Assembly: GCA_963835065.1 (NCBI GenBank)
Contig: CAWIEK010000053.1
Span: 64,001-128,000, forward strand
From: an uncultured Chthonomonadaceae bacterium
Lineage (GTDB): Bacteria > Armatimonadota > Chthonomonadetes > Chthonomonadales > Chthonomonadaceae
Reading direction: 5' to 3'
DNA length: 64,000 nt
This document shows, in pieces, positions 63,795 through 64,000 of this stretch. The translations under genes and the position numbers were made by a program. How positions within the stretch are numbered: position 1 is the stretch's first letter; every line of letters starts with the position of its first letter. The notes under the pieces were generated by a model. That model searched no databases and was not told where the DNA came from. It saw only the letters and a program-made list of their open reading frames with translations.

Positions 63795-64000
63795 ATGCCC
63801 TGGAACCCGTTTGAAGCGGTTTGTATGCACAAAAACGCGCGCAAGAAAAACGCGCCTGACCGTGCCTGGGTGCGCCTGCTGTTGAGTAATGACAGGGACG
63901 CCGGGGAACGCTTTGTGACCGCGTATTACCCGCGCATCGAACGGATGCTGCGCTATCTCACGTCGAGCGCCGACATAGCGCATGACCTGACGCAGCAAAC
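63795..64000 (+). CDS. ECF sigma factor, N-terminal part (runs off the window)
   Basis: Translated by hand: ...DRAWVRLLLSNDRDAGERFVTAYYPRIERMLRYLTSSADIAHDLTQQ; region-2-like; GAGG RBS. Confidence 0.7.
   Translation, partial: MPWNPFEAVCMHKNARKKNAPDRAWVRLLLSNDRDAGERFVTAYYPRIERMLRYLTSSADIAHDLTQQ

Overview
A GC-rich bacterial chromosomal window of mostly housekeeping and accessory genes. The gene content suggests Armatimonadota, but this is an inference from a DUF1559 prepilin/H-X9-DG gene, a DUF6785-type membrane protein, PEP-CTERM and SLH anchors, GCGGG lipoproteins and a SigH-like sigma factor. It carries leucine/acyl-CoA catabolism genes, Mrp/ApbC, acs, nth, recD2, three sigma factors, tRNA-Leu(TAG) and tRNA-Gly(GCC), two VapBC-type modules and several orphan TA/XisI-type genes. 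It also has a tnpB-only IS200/IS605 element, a degraded AT-richer N6-methyltransferase + PD-(D/E)XK island and a two-HKD PLD protein. About 15 ordinary genes are broken by single-base frameshifts, most likely long-read indel errors, so many ORF-track calls are joined below. The most unusual signal is a pervasive set of 7-nt-periodic arrays, often arranged as inverted pairs around unique spacers. They sit at gene ends and are also inserted in frame inside acs, a fatty-acid CoA ligase, recD2, nth and a prepilin leader. Two candidate structured RNAs were also seen: a multi-stem leader upstream of an NlpC/P60 gene and a terminator-ended sRNA upstream of sigH. All family calls come from motif recognition; no database searches were run.
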